From assembly GCA_003427395.1 (NCBI GenBank), contig BFEA01000015.1:180954-244953 (forward strand): a stretch of 64,000 nucleotides of DNA, written 5' to 3'. Source of the stretch: Chara braunii. Lineage: Eukaryota; Plantae; Charophyceae. Numbering within the stretch: position 1 is the stretch's first letter; the number at the start of each line of letters is the position of its first letter. Under the pieces are notes generated by a model. It made no database searches. It saw only the letters and a list, made by a program, of their open reading frames with translations, and was not told the origin of the DNA. The translations under genes and the position numbers were made by a program. Of this stretch, positions 63,492 through 64,000 are shown piece by piece.

Positions 63492-64000
63492 TGTAGACAC
63501 CTAATCAAACAGAAAAATAAATGTCCCGTAAATCACTCCAAAATTCGTAATAAGAATTTAATAACGATTTAATCAGTAATATTAATTAATGATAAATCAC
63601 GAAATAATAATTCTTAATGATAATCCAAAAGATAACCAATAATCAATATTTGCAAAAAGATAAATCAATAACCAATCATTGCAATCATGATAATAACGAA
63701 TTTGAATGGTGTTATGATTAGGTCTCTTTGAGATCACTTGAGTCCGGGAGTTCACCGTTAATGAGTGAACTACCCGGAAGTTGCAGTTTGAGGGTCAGAT
63801 ACGGCTTAGTGTGCTAAAAAAAAAATTCGGACAATTTCAGAAGAAAAAACGCTCGAATTTTCAAAAAACGCAAATTTTTGGGAATTTCCACCGTCAAAAT
63901 CCGATTTTTAAAAGCCTAAACCTGTTTTCGGAATTTCTCAAACAAGGGGAACGAAAAAAAAATTCGCGAAAATTTCGGTCCCAACCCTAATTTTCCGCGT
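63492..64000. mobile_element. Edge of a different AT-rich LTR-like sequence
   Basis: Begins TGTAGACACC with an abrupt compositional shift. No similarity to 56289-57391. Confidence 0.4.

Overview
This is repeat-dense eukaryotic nuclear DNA with three N gaps (703-1612, 8830-9286, 26074-26853). The plant-type U6, eEF1A and the retroelement style suggest a green plant or streptophyte alga such as Chara; this is an inference, not a database result. About 3-40 kb is a nested cluster of mostly degenerate DNA-transposon material. It contains a Ulp1/C48 SUMO-protease-like pseudogene, two diverged copies of an unknown gene in opposite orientation, at least 20 copies of a 22-bp quasi-palindrome, a ~0.75-0.85 kb tandem array, a Sola-like DDD transposase pseudogene, several TIR elements with clear TSDs, a 5'-truncated LINE with an 18-bp TSD, and an eEF1A fragment. 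A diverged ~650-bp repeat brackets the cluster in inverted orientation. About 45-51 kb holds a probable low-complexity host gene on the minus strand, with a hAT MITE and a U6 fragment in its intron. About 54-64 kb contains an LTR-like segment carrying a U6 copy and a rearranged Ty3/gypsy chromovirus-like element. The best candidate for something new is a large cargo-carrying Sola-like transposon, but its termini are not proven.
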